35,983 nt of DNA from Candidatus Eiseniibacteriota bacterium (GTDB lineage: Bacteria > Eisenbacteria > RBG-16-71-46 > JAFGJU01). The stretch spans positions 1 through 35,983 of the forward strand of contig JAFGJU010000066.1 in assembly GCA_016928935.1 (NCBI GenBank). Reading direction: 5' to 3'. Position numbers and translations under genes: made by a program. Shown here piece by piece: positions 8,357-16,736 of the stretch (position 1 is the stretch's first letter; every line of letters begins with the position of its first letter). The notes beneath the pieces were generated by a model. It searched no databases. It was not told where the DNA came from and saw only the letters and a list, made by a program, of their open reading frames with translations.

Positions 8357-10233
8357 TTCACCGCTTCCACGGGCCGTGTGGGCTGCGAGACCGAGAACTG
8401 CAGCTCGTACAGCCTCCTGTAAAGTCCCTCCTCCGCGAGCAGGTCCTCGTGCGTTCCGCGCTGCACGATCCTGCCCTCGTCCATCACCAATATGAGGTCT
8501 GCCCGCTGGATCGTCGAAAGGCGGTGCGCGATGACGAAGCTCGTCCTGTTCTCCATCAAGCGCTCGATGGCCTGCTGCACCAAGAGCTCCGATTCCGTGT
8601 CCAGTGCCGACGTGGCCTCGTCGAATATCAGAATGGGCGGATTCTTCAGTATCGCGCGCGCTATCGCGATCCTCTGCCTCTGTCCCCCGGACAACCGCAC
8701 TCCCCTGTCCCCTATGACGGTCTGATAGCCGGCCGGCATGTTCTCTATGAACTGGTGAGCGTTCGCAGCGACGGAGGCGCGGATCAACGCCTCGTCCGAT
8801 GCCGCTTCCGAGCCGTAGGCTATGTTGTTCCTGACCGTGTCGTTGAACAGTATCGTTTCCTGCGTCACTATGCCCATGAGGCCCCGCAGCGAGTCCGTGC
8901 GGATGTCGAGGGAGTCGATTTCGTCAAACGTTATCTTCCCGGAAGTGGGGATGTAGAACTTCGGCAGAAGGTCCACGAGCGTGGACTTCCCGGCTCCGCT
9001 GGGGCCCACCACGGCCACCACCTGACCCGGTTTGACAGAGAAGCTTATGTCCCTGAGAACCTCCTTGCCGCCGTCGTAGGCGAAGCAGACTTCCTGAAAC
9101 GCCACCTCGCGCTTGAGCTCGGACAGCTCCACGGCGCCGGGCCTCTCCGACACGCCCGGCACGGTGTCCAGCAGCTTGAACACCCGCTTGGCCGCCGCCA
9201 GCCCCTCCTGGATCTTGGTGTTCACCTGGCTCAGGCTCTTGATGGGCGCCATCATCGAGAAGAGGGCAAAAAGGAATATGAAGAACGCGTCCGGCTCGAG
9301 AGTGCCCTCCTGCAGGATCTCTCTCCCGCCGTACCACAGCACCACCGTCCCCACTATGACCCCCAGGTACTCGGCCAGCGGTGACGCCAGAGCTCCTATC
9401 TTTATTAGCCTCACAAAATGGTACAAATAGGCCTTCGTGTAATGCACGAATTTCCTCATCTCGAAATCTTCCATCCGGAACGCCTTCACCACCCTTATGC
9501 CGGATATCGTCTCCTGCAGCACCGAGGTTATGTCACCCATCCGCTCCTGGATGAGAGAGCTGTCGCGCCTGAGCTTCTTGCTGATCGTCACTATAAGAAT
9601 CATGCTCGGCGGAAGCACGACCAGGGACACGAGCGCCAGCTTCCAGCTGGCCCAGAACACCCAGAACAGACACACGAACAGAAGCAGCGTGTCCCTCACG
9701 ACGTTGCTGAACACCGCCGTGATGGTGCCGCGGATCATCGTCACGTCGTTGGTGATCCTGGAAATGAGCCTCCCGGTCTTCTGGGCGTGGAAGAAGGACA
9801 ACGGCAAGCTGTAAAGGTGCGAGTACAGCCTGTCCCTGAGGTCCTTGATGACTCTCTGCTCCACCGAAGCTATCAGGTACGTCTGTCCGTAGTTGAACAG
9901 GTTCTTGAGCAGCATCACTAGCAGTATCACGAAGCAGATTCGTTCGAGCGACACCAACGGCCTGGAGGACAGTATGTACTTCTGGGCCTTGAGCTCGATG
10001 TAGTCCCTTATTTTCTGGAAGTCCGTGGGCGCGCTGAGCTCCAGGGAGGCGTCCTGGCTCATCTCCCGCCGCTGCTCCGCCGTGGGGCTCTTGAACAGCA
10101 CCCTCATGAACGGCGATATCATGCCTATGGAGAAGCCGCTGAACAAAGCGAAGAAGACCATGCAAACGAGGGCGAGCGTGAGGCTCCTCGAATGGGGCCG
10201 GACGTATGACAGCAGTCTGAAAAAAGTCCTCAT
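8353..10233 (-). CDS. msbA: lipid A export ABC transporter, fused permease/ATPase
   Basis: 626 aa with an N-terminal 6-TM ABC exporter domain. Walker A GPSGAGKST, signature LSGGQRQRIAIARA, Walker B ILIFDEATSALD. Sits within an LPS gene cluster. Confidence 0.85.
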   Translation of the reverse strand: MRTFFRLLSYVRPHSRSLTLALVCMVFFALFSGFSIGMISPFMRVLFKSPTAEQRREMSQDASLELSAPTDFQKIRDYIELKAQKYILSSRPLVSLERICFVILLVMLLKNLFNYGQTYLIASVEQRVIKDLRDRLYSHLYSLPLSFFHAQKTGRLISRITNDVTMIRGTITAVFSNVVRDTLLLFVCLFWVFWASWKLALVSLVVLPPSMILIVTISKKLRRDSSLIQERMGDITSVLQETISGIRVVKAFRMEDFEMRKFVHYTKAYLYHFVRLIKIGALASPLAEYLGVIVGTVVLWYGGREILQEGTLEPDAFFIFLFALFSMMAPIKSLSQVNTKIQEGLAAAKRVFKLLDTVPGVSERPGAVELSELKREVAFQEVCFAYDGGKEVLRDISFSVKPGQVVAVVGPSGAGKSTLVDLLPKFYIPTSGKITFDEIDSLDIRTDSLRGLMGIVTQETILFNDTVRNNIAYGSEAASDEALIRASVAANAHQFIENMPAGYQTVIGDRGVRLSGGQRQRIAIARAILKNPPILIFDEATSALDTESELLVQQAIERLMENRTSFVIAHRLSTIQRADLILVMDEGRIVQRGTHEDLLAEEGLYRRLYELQFSVSQPTRPVEAVK

Positions 10234-10240
10234 GGCGCGT

Positions 10241-10609
10241 CTACCAGCGGTACTTCCTCTCGAACTCCTCCTCGAAGTCGTAAACCTCGACGAAGTCCTC
10301 TATCTTGTCTTCTTCGGTCTTGCCCAGGAGCTTGTGCTCCACGAGGCTGAACACTATCTCGCCGAAATCCCTCGTGGTCGTCACGCCCCAGTAATTGAAC
10401 ACGGTCTTAGTCATGGGTCCATACTGCTGGATGCCGAACTCCCTTATGCCGTGCAGGAGCTCCCTACCCGTGACGTGGCGTCGCTTGTCGAACTTCGCCA
10501 GGGTGAAGTTGAGGGCCAGCAGCACGAATGCGTAAGCCGCCACCTTGTAGCGGCTGTCCTGGTCCACAATCTTCTCTATCTTGTCGTAAATGTCGGATTC
10601 TCTTTCCAT
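10241..10609 (-). CDS. small conserved hypothetical protein (resembles the family NCBI names Minf_1886, known mainly from Planctomycetes/Verrucomicrobia)
   Basis: Starting from the ATG at 10609 gives MERESDIYDKIEKIVDQDSRYKVAAYAFVLLALNFT...RHVTGRELLHGIREFGIQQYGPMTKTVFNYWGVTTTRDFGEIVFSLVEHKLLGKTEEDKIEDF. The family assignment is from memory. The Arg-rich 47-aa 5' extension in the track ORF overlaps nadB and looks spurious. Confidence 0.55.
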   Translation of the reverse strand: MERESDIYDKIEKIVDQDSRYKVAAYAFVLLALNFTLAKFDKRRHVTGRELLHGIREFGIQQYGPMTKTVFNYWGVTTTRDFGEIVFSLVEHKLLGKTEEDKIEDFVEVYDFEEEFERKYRW

Positions 10610-10674
10610 GCTCGCCCGCGGTGCCCGTCTTTTCCGCGGCGTCGCGGCACGCGCCCGCCGGGACGCCGCGCGCC

Positions 10675-12318
10675 TCACTCGTCCCAGTACGAGAACGACG
10701 GTTCGCTCAGGAACCCGTCGTCCCTGCTCAGAACGGTGTCTTTCAACCATTCTCTATCATCTTTCCTGGGATGGTCAAGGTTGTAATGAAGTCCTCTGCT
10801 TTCCTTCCGCCACATCGCGCACCGCACTATCAGCTCGGCCACCAGGGCCAGGTTCCGCAGCTCCACGAGGTCGCTCTCAAGACCGAATCTCCGGTAGTGC
10901 TCTTCTATGCCCTCGCGCATCACCGCTATCCGGCGGGCGGCAGTGGCCAGACGCTCGTCGGTGCGCACGATGCCCACGTAGTCCCACATCAGCTTCCTCA
11001 GGACCATCCAGTCGTGCCTCATCTCCACAGTCTCGCGAGGCCTGACGGCGTGCCCCCCCTCGAACGCATGCACGTGCGGGGGTTCGCCCGCCGCCCCAGC
11101 TTTGGCAGCGCGTGCGGCCCTCTCCGCGAACACGAGAGCCTCCGGCAGAGAGTTGCTGGCCAGCCGGTTCGCGCCGTGCACGCCGGTGCAGGCTGTCTCG
11201 CCGCAGGCGTACAGGCGCCTGATGGTCGTCCGGCCGAACAGGTCGGTGACCACTCCGCCGCACATGTAGTGAGCAGCGGGCACCACCGGAATGGGCTCTT
11301 TCGTCGGGTCCAGCCCGAGAGAAGTCAGTCTTTGGTAGATGTGCGGGAACCGTTTCGGAATTCTCTCCTTCCCTATCGGCCTCAGGTCCAGAAGCACAAA
11401 CTGGTCTCCCCTGCGCTTCATCTCGCGGTCTATGGCCCTGGCCACGACGTCCCGCGGCGCGAGTCCGGCGGACTTGTGGTACTTTTCCAGGAAGGTCGAG
11501 CCGTCCCTGGCCGTGACGACCGCTCCTTCACCCCTGACGGCCTCGGAGATCAGGAAAGACTTGGCCTCGGGATGAAAGAGGCAGGTCGGATGAAACTGGA
11601 CGAATTCCAGGTTGCACACGGCGGCCCCGGCCCTGTAGGCCATGGCGATGCCGTCCCCGGTGGCTATGTCCGGGTTGGACGTGTACAGGTAGACTTTCCC
11701 GCACCCGCCGGTCGCGAGCAGCGTGTGGCCGGCAACGAAGGCCGTCACCCTTCGCGTGCGAGTGTCGAGCACGTAGGCGCCCCAACACGAAACGGACGAC
11801 CCTGGTCCGCCCCGACCCCCGGAGGGCTCGGTAATGAGCTCGACCCCGATGTGGTCCTCCACGATAGTGATCGAAGGGTGCTTCACTGCCGCTCCCAGGA
11901 GGCCTCGCTCCACCTCCCTTCCGGTCAGGTCGTCAGCGTGCACTATTCGTCGGGCCGAATGTCCCCCCTCCATCCCCAACTCCAGGCCCCCTGGGGCCTT
12001 CTCGTCCCGCGAGAACCTGACACCCAGGGCCATCAGCTCCCTCACCATCCCTGGGCCCTCGCGCGCCAGAATCTCGACTGCTTCCTTCCTGCTCAACCCC
12101 ACCCCGCATCGCAGAGTGTCGCGCACGTGCAGCTCCCAGCTGTCTTCCGCCGACGACACGCAGGCCAGCCCTCCCTGCGCATAGTTCGTCGACGACTCGT
12201 AGTTCTCCTTCTTCGTAACGACCGTCACCGTTCCGGCGTCCGCGACCTTGAGCGCGAACGTGAGCCCGGCTATCCCGCTTCCCAGCACAAGAAAATCGCT
12301 CTTCCTCACGCCTTCCAT
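10675..12318 (-). CDS. nadB: L-aspartate oxidase
   Basis: 547 aa. FAD fold DFLVLGSGIAGLTFALKVAD, followed by YAQGGLA, HPTCL, and RLYACGETACTGVHGANRLASNSL. The ATG at 12318 overlaps the lpxK stop by 13 nt. Confidence 0.92.
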   Translation of the reverse strand: MEGVRKSDFLVLGSGIAGLTFALKVADAGTVTVVTKKENYESSTNYAQGGLACVSSAEDSWELHVRDTLRCGVGLSRKEAVEILAREGPGMVRELMALGVRFSRDEKAPGGLELGMEGGHSARRIVHADDLTGREVERGLLGAAVKHPSITIVEDHIGVELITEPSGGRGGPGSSVSCWGAYVLDTRTRRVTAFVAGHTLLATGGCGKVYLYTSNPDIATGDGIAMAYRAGAAVCNLEFVQFHPTCLFHPEAKSFLISEAVRGEGAVVTARDGSTFLEKYHKSAGLAPRDVVARAIDREMKRRGDQFVLLDLRPIGKERIPKRFPHIYQRLTSLGLDPTKEPIPVVPAAHYMCGGVVTDLFGRTTIRRLYACGETACTGVHGANRLASNSLPEALVFAERAARAAKAGAAGEPPHVHAFEGGHAVRPRETVEMRHDWMVLRKLMWDYVGIVRTDERLATAARRIAVMREGIEEHYRRFGLESDLVELRNLALVAELIVRCAMWRKESRGLHYNLDHPRKDDREWLKDTVLSRDDGFLSEPSFSYWDE

Positions 12319-13436
12319 CGAGTCTCTCCGGTCCGATGTCCGTACACGGCCCCGAGGACCGCCCGCTCCAGCGCGTCCCCCCCGGCCCTGATTCTGATTC
12401 CGACCCCGACCGCCACGATGCCGCCCGGAGTCGTAGTCCTTATGCCTCGCGGAAGCCTGACCGCGTCCTTCTCGGTCGTGGCAAGATACTCGGCGCCCAA
12501 CTTCGAGGCCGCGTCCTCGACTCTCTCGACGTCGGCAGGCGAGAAGAAGTGATGGTCCCCAAACCTTCTGGCGCCAACCACGACCGCGCCCATCTCTACG
12601 AGCGCCCGCTCGAAGGACGAGGGGCTCCCGATGCCGGAGAACGCGTACACGTTCTTCCCGGCCAGCGAACCCGCCGGCAAAGTCTCCCAGGTATCCACCC
12701 TGGACACGGCGTCCGGGACGTGCTCCGCTGCCACGACCGGCGCGTCCGTCAGCCCACGGACCTGGGACAAGACGGCGGGGACGTCCGCCGCCTCGTTACA
12801 TCGCGTGACCACGACGACGTCGGCCCTGGAGAGGTTCTCGCGCCTCTCCCGCAGCCTTCCGCGCGGCAGGAGGTAGCCGCGTCCCCACGGGTTCACGGCG
12901 TCCACCACCACCACGTCCAGGTCCCGCCTCATGCCTATCGTCTGGAACGCGTCGTCCACCAGGACGACCCTGGGCCGCAGATCGCGCCACAGTCTCAACA
13001 GCGTCTCCGCCTTCCTCCTCCCGGAGGCCACCGGGATCGTTCCCAAGGCTCGAGACAGAAGCACCGTCTCGTCCCCGGCCTTCCTGGCCAGCTCGCGGGA
13101 AGGGCGCGCCCCTCTCAGCAACACGAACCTGCTCCCGCCGCGCGAGCCGTAACCGTGCCCCACCACCGCGACGGCCAGGTTTCTCCGGCGGAAGTACCGC
13201 GCCAGCCACGTCACCAGTGGCGTCTTGCCGGTGCCGCCGACCGTCAGGTTGCCCACACTTATCACGGTGCAGGGAACCCCCACACTTGGCCTCATCTCCT
13301 GCACGAACCATCTGCAATCCATGGCAAGCCCGTAGCACCAGGACAAGACCAGAAGCGGCGAGGCCACGTCCCTCACGAGCCGGGAGTCCTCGTTCTCTTC
13401 AAGATATTCCAGAGCTGACCTGAGCAAACCTCTCAC
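12306..13436 (-). CDS. lpxK: tetraacyldisaccharide 4'-kinase
   Basis: P-loop context VISVGNLTVGGTGKTPLVTWLARYF, then VVGHGYG. The GTG start overlaps the waaA stop (GTGA). Confidence 0.9.
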   Translation of the reverse strand: MRGLLRSALEYLEENEDSRLVRDVASPLLVLSWCYGLAMDCRWFVQEMRPSVGVPCTVISVGNLTVGGTGKTPLVTWLARYFRRRNLAVAVVGHGYGSRGGSRFVLLRGARPSRELARKAGDETVLLSRALGTIPVASGRRKAETLLRLWRDLRPRVVLVDDAFQTIGMRRDLDVVVVDAVNPWGRGYLLPRGRLRERRENLSRADVVVVTRCNEAADVPAVLSQVRGLTDAPVVAAEHVPDAVSRVDTWETLPAGSLAGKNVYAFSGIGSPSSFERALVEMGAVVVGARRFGDHHFFSPADVERVEDAASKLGAEYLATTEKDAVRLPRGIRTTTPGGIVAVGVGIRIRAGGDALERAVLGAVYGHRTGETRWKA

Positions 13437-14755
13437 ACCACGCCAATCCTCTTCAAGTGCTCCAACGTCTTGAGCGACGCAACCGGGCGCGACCTGTAGA
13501 AGTCCAGAGCCTCCTTGGACCGGCGTTCCCTGTCCTCTTTGGACAACGCCAGCGCCGCCAGGACCTCCGCGACGCGGGAAGAGTTTTCCACCGTCACCAG
13601 CGCGCCGCGCCTCTCCAGCACTGCCGCGTCGTCCTCTATGTTCTCCCGGGACGTCCCGGCCAGAATGGGCAGCCCGGCCGCCGCCGGCTCCAGTATGTTG
13701 TGGCCGCCGTGTCCGGACAGCGTGCCCCCTACGAAGGCCAAGTCCGACTCACTGTACGCGGCCACCAGGTCTCCTATCGTGTCCAGCAACAGAACGCTCG
13801 CACCGCGCCCCTCGTCGGCGGTCGCGGCCTTGACCCTGCTCCATCTCGCCTGCGTCAGTCCGTTTGAGTTCACGATCTTGGAGACGTATTCGACCCGCCC
13901 CATGTGCCTGGGGGCCAGCACGAGCCTGAGACCGGGCGCGGACGCCCTGGCGCTCGCGAAACCCGCGCACAGCGCCGCCTCTTCGTTGGGCCTCGTGCTG
14001 CCGGCCGTGACGACGACGTCCTCAGCCCCCCAGCCCATCCTGTGTCTCATGCCGAGGCCGCCCACTTCCTCGGGCTGCGCGTCTTGCTTCGTGTTGCCGG
14101 TGACGGTTATCCGCTCCCGGGGCGTGCCGAGGAGCTCGAACCGTCCGGCGTTCCGCTCGTTCTGGGCCATCACAGCGTCCACGCTCCCAAACACCCCCCT
14201 GAATAGGAAACCGAACATGGCGTAGCGCCTGCGGGACCTGTCGCTCACCTTGCTGTTCACGACGACCACCTTCACGCCGTCCCTCTTCGCCATGACCACG
14301 AGGCAGGGCCAGAGTTCGGTCTCGACCAGCACCAGAGAGTCGGCCTCTATCCGCCGAAGGGCCCTCCAAACGACGAACGGAACGTCCAGAGGAAGGAAGA
14401 AAAACGCGGCCGGACCCTGCACGGAGTCTCTCGCCACCCGGCTTCCAGTGACGGTCATGGTCGAGAAGACCACCTCCACCCCCGGGTTCCTGCACATCTC
14501 TCTGACCAGCTTCGCTGCAGCCCTCACCTCGCCCACCGACGAGGCATGCACCCACACTCTCTTCTTCCCTGCCGAGCTGCCGGCGCCTGCGTTGCGTGGA
14601 CTCACAGGAATCGACCCCAGCCGGCTCCGCCATTTCTCAGAACCCGTGAGCAGCCCCACGAGCCACACCGGCGCGCCCAGAACGAAGCACACGGACGTCA
14701 CGAAGCCGTACAGCAGAAACGACGGCCAGACTGTCTTGCTCGATGGATTCTTCAC
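13433..14755 (-). CDS. waaA: 3-deoxy-D-manno-octulosonic acid (Kdo) transferase
   Basis: 440 aa with an N-terminal anchor helix. Motifs VWVHASSVGEVRAAAKLV and FVGGTLSGHGGHNILEPAAAGLPILAG are typical of KdtA/WaaA. Confidence 0.9.
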   Translation of the reverse strand: MKNPSSKTVWPSFLLYGFVTSVCFVLGAPVWLVGLLTGSEKWRSRLGSIPVSPRNAGAGSSAGKKRVWVHASSVGEVRAAAKLVREMCRNPGVEVVFSTMTVTGSRVARDSVQGPAAFFFLPLDVPFVVWRALRRIEADSLVLVETELWPCLVVMAKRDGVKVVVVNSKVSDRSRRRYAMFGFLFRGVFGSVDAVMAQNERNAGRFELLGTPRERITVTGNTKQDAQPEEVGGLGMRHRMGWGAEDVVVTAGSTRPNEEAALCAGFASARASAPGLRLVLAPRHMGRVEYVSKIVNSNGLTQARWSRVKAATADEGRGASVLLLDTIGDLVAAYSESDLAFVGGTLSGHGGHNILEPAAAGLPILAGTSRENIEDDAAVLERRGALVTVENSSRVAEVLAALALSKEDRERRSKEALDFYRSRPVASLKTLEHLKRIGVV

Positions 14756-14762
14756 GTGCTCT

Positions 14763-15458
14763 CTACCCTTCCATTAGAACTCGCGACGTCTGCTCGGGGC
14801 GCACCGCGTCCAGAGCTTTCTCGTGCGCTTCCTCGAGGGCCTTCTCCAGCCTGACCCTGCAACTCTCGATTTCCGAGGCGCTCAGGCACCGCGGCACCCT
14901 GATTGGGGCGTGGCTTGCCACGACCACCCGGGAGAACGGGAGCGGGACCTGAAACCTGTCCCACGTGTTCAGGACCAGCCATCTTTCGGCCTCGCAGGCC
15001 GTCGGAACCAGAGCCGCCCCCGTCCTCTGCGCCATGTACACAATCCCCGGTTGGACCCGGCGCCTGGGCCCCGTAGGTCCGTCCGGTGCCACCGCCGCGT
15101 CTTGGCCGTTCCTGAGGCTTGCGCACATCTGAAACGCGCCCTCCCGGCCGGCGTCCGACGTGGACCCTCTGGCCGTGTGGAAACCCAGCCGCTTGAGTAT
15201 CCGTGCCGCGCACTCTCCGTCCCTGTGACGGCTGACCAACACGCAGATGTCTCGTCTTCTGTACGCCCACGCCAGCGGAAGCAGCTCCCCGTGCCAGAAC
15301 GCGAATATCCTCCTGCCTGCCGCTCCTGTGTCGCGGCCCGCGTCGGCCGCGCCCAGCCTTTCGATTCTGAGCGTACAGCCCAGCAACGTGACCAGAGCCG
15401 CTCCGGCGAGCCCCGCCGTGGCGGCCATGAGGCGGTCCAGCACAGAAAAACGATTCAC
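14763..15458 (-). CDS. DUF374 / LPLAT-superfamily protein, LpxJ-like candidate lipid A secondary acyltransferase
   Basis: 231 aa. FAFWHGELLPLAWAYRRRDICVLVSRHRDGECAARILKRLGFHTARGSTS...GQDAAVAPDGPTGP matches the DUF374 pattern. Positioned between waaA and lpxB. Confidence 0.65.
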   Translation of the reverse strand: MNRFSVLDRLMAATAGLAGAALVTLLGCTLRIERLGAADAGRDTGAAGRRIFAFWHGELLPLAWAYRRRDICVLVSRHRDGECAARILKRLGFHTARGSTSDAGREGAFQMCASLRNGQDAAVAPDGPTGPRRRVQPGIVYMAQRTGAALVPTACEAERWLVLNTWDRFQVPLPFSRVVVASHAPIRVPRCLSASEIESCRVRLEKALEEAHEKALDAVRPEQTSRVLMEG

Positions 15459-15461
15459 GGC

Positions 15462-16658
15462 CTACGTCCCCACCATGCCCAGCGCGATAGACGCCGCCCT
15501 GCGAGAGGCACCCGGCTCGCCCAACGCCTCCCTCACCCGTGCGAGCTCCGCGCACATCTCCGACCGCGTCCGCTCGTCGAACACGAGCTGCCTCAGCTCC
15601 TCGGATATCCTGACGGGGTCAACGGCGTCCTGGAGATACTCCGACACGACCTTCTTGCCCGCGACTATGTTTACGAGGCCGATGGTGTCTATCGACACTA
15701 TTCTCTTCGCGATTGCCCAAGACAGGGGAGACACCCTGTACACGACGACCATCGGAGTTCCCACTATGGCGGCCTCCAGAGTGGCGGAGCCCGAGGCGAC
15801 GACGGCGGCGTCCGCGACCCCAAGGAGCTCGGAAGTGACCCCCCTGAACACGCGCGGCACTCCCGGAAGCCCGCCCGTCCGTCCTCCCGAGCCGGCCGCC
15901 TTCGGCCCGCCCGAGCGCGACCCGGCGCGGACCGCCCGCTCGATTTCCTCAACCGGTATGCTGTCCGCCGCGGCGATGGCGGCCTCCACGTTCCATCTCT
16001 CCCTGAGGATGCTTGCCGCTTGCAGCATGGGTGGCAAGAGCCTGCGCACTTCCTGCAGTCTGCTGCCCGGGAGGAGCGCCACCAGTCGCGACTCCGGGTC
16101 TATTCCGAGCCGGGCCCGCACTGCGGCCCGCTCATCGTTCACTTCGACAGACTCCAGAAGCGGGTGCCCCACGAATTCAGTGTGGATGCCGGCTCCACGG
16201 AAGAAGCCGACTTCGAAAGGGAACACGACCACGAGCCGGTCTATGACGGAAGCCATGAGCTTGAGCCTGCCCCTTCCCCATGCCCAGGCCTGCGGCGCGA
16301 TGTAGTACATAACGCGGCAGCCCACGCGTTTGGCTTCCTTGCACAACCTGAGATTAAAGCCTGGAAAATCCACAGCGATAACCAGCTGTGGTTGCTCACG
16401 TTGAAGAAGGTGTTTCATGTGTCGCATGAGGGAGGCAAACTGCGGCAGCTTGGACACGACTTCGGCAAAACCCATGACTCCGAGTCCGTCCAGCGCCGCC
16501 ACCATCTCTGCCCCTGCGGCCCTCATCCTGGGTCCGCCGGCAGCCAGGACCCGGGCCTCAGGGCTTTGGCTCCTGATGGCCGCGATGAGACGCGACGCGT
16601 GCAGGTCGCCGCTTGGGTCGCCGGCGACTACGAGGATCTTCGGTTTTCCGGCATACAT
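15462..16658 (-). CDS. lpxB: lipid-A-disaccharide synthase
   Basis: 398 aa. KILVVAGDPSGDLHASRLIAAI, DFPGFNLRL, YYIAPQAWAWG, LLPGSR, ASGSATLEAAIVGTPMVVVYR. Confidence 0.92.
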   Translation of the reverse strand: MYAGKPKILVVAGDPSGDLHASRLIAAIRSQSPEARVLAAGGPRMRAAGAEMVAALDGLGVMGFAEVVSKLPQFASLMRHMKHLLQREQPQLVIAVDFPGFNLRLCKEAKRVGCRVMYYIAPQAWAWGRGRLKLMASVIDRLVVVFPFEVGFFRGAGIHTEFVGHPLLESVEVNDERAAVRARLGIDPESRLVALLPGSRLQEVRRLLPPMLQAASILRERWNVEAAIAAADSIPVEEIERAVRAGSRSGGPKAAGSGGRTGGLPGVPRVFRGVTSELLGVADAAVVASGSATLEAAIVGTPMVVVYRVSPLSWAIAKRIVSIDTIGLVNIVAGKKVVSEYLQDAVDPVRISEELRQLVFDERTRSEMCAELARVREALGEPGASRRAASIALGMVGT

Positions 16659-16736
16659 TGCGGTGCTCCGTGGCTCGTCGGCGACTCGCTCGCTTGCCGA
16701 TTCGCCGCGATTCTCTTCGCGCCCCCGCAGCAGCTG

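Noticed and set aside
10528-12552. Very long ORFs antisense to recognised genes. This 674-aa plus-strand ORF is one. Others are 14823..17030 (735 aa), 18223..20103 (626 aa), 29211..30872 (553 aa), 27483..28886 (467 aa), 22668..24065 (465 aa), 25462..26613, 26801..27913, 12336..13418, 8449..9384 and the minus-strand 2687..3628.
   Set aside because: Each lies opposite a gene with unmistakable conserved motifs (nadB, lpxB, lpxC-fabZ, lolC/E, mcsA/lolD, bamA, clpC, mcsB, lpxK, msbA). Their translations are Arg/Pro/Gly/His-rich low-complexity strings with no recognisable domains. Stop-poor antisense frames are expected in high-GC DNA.
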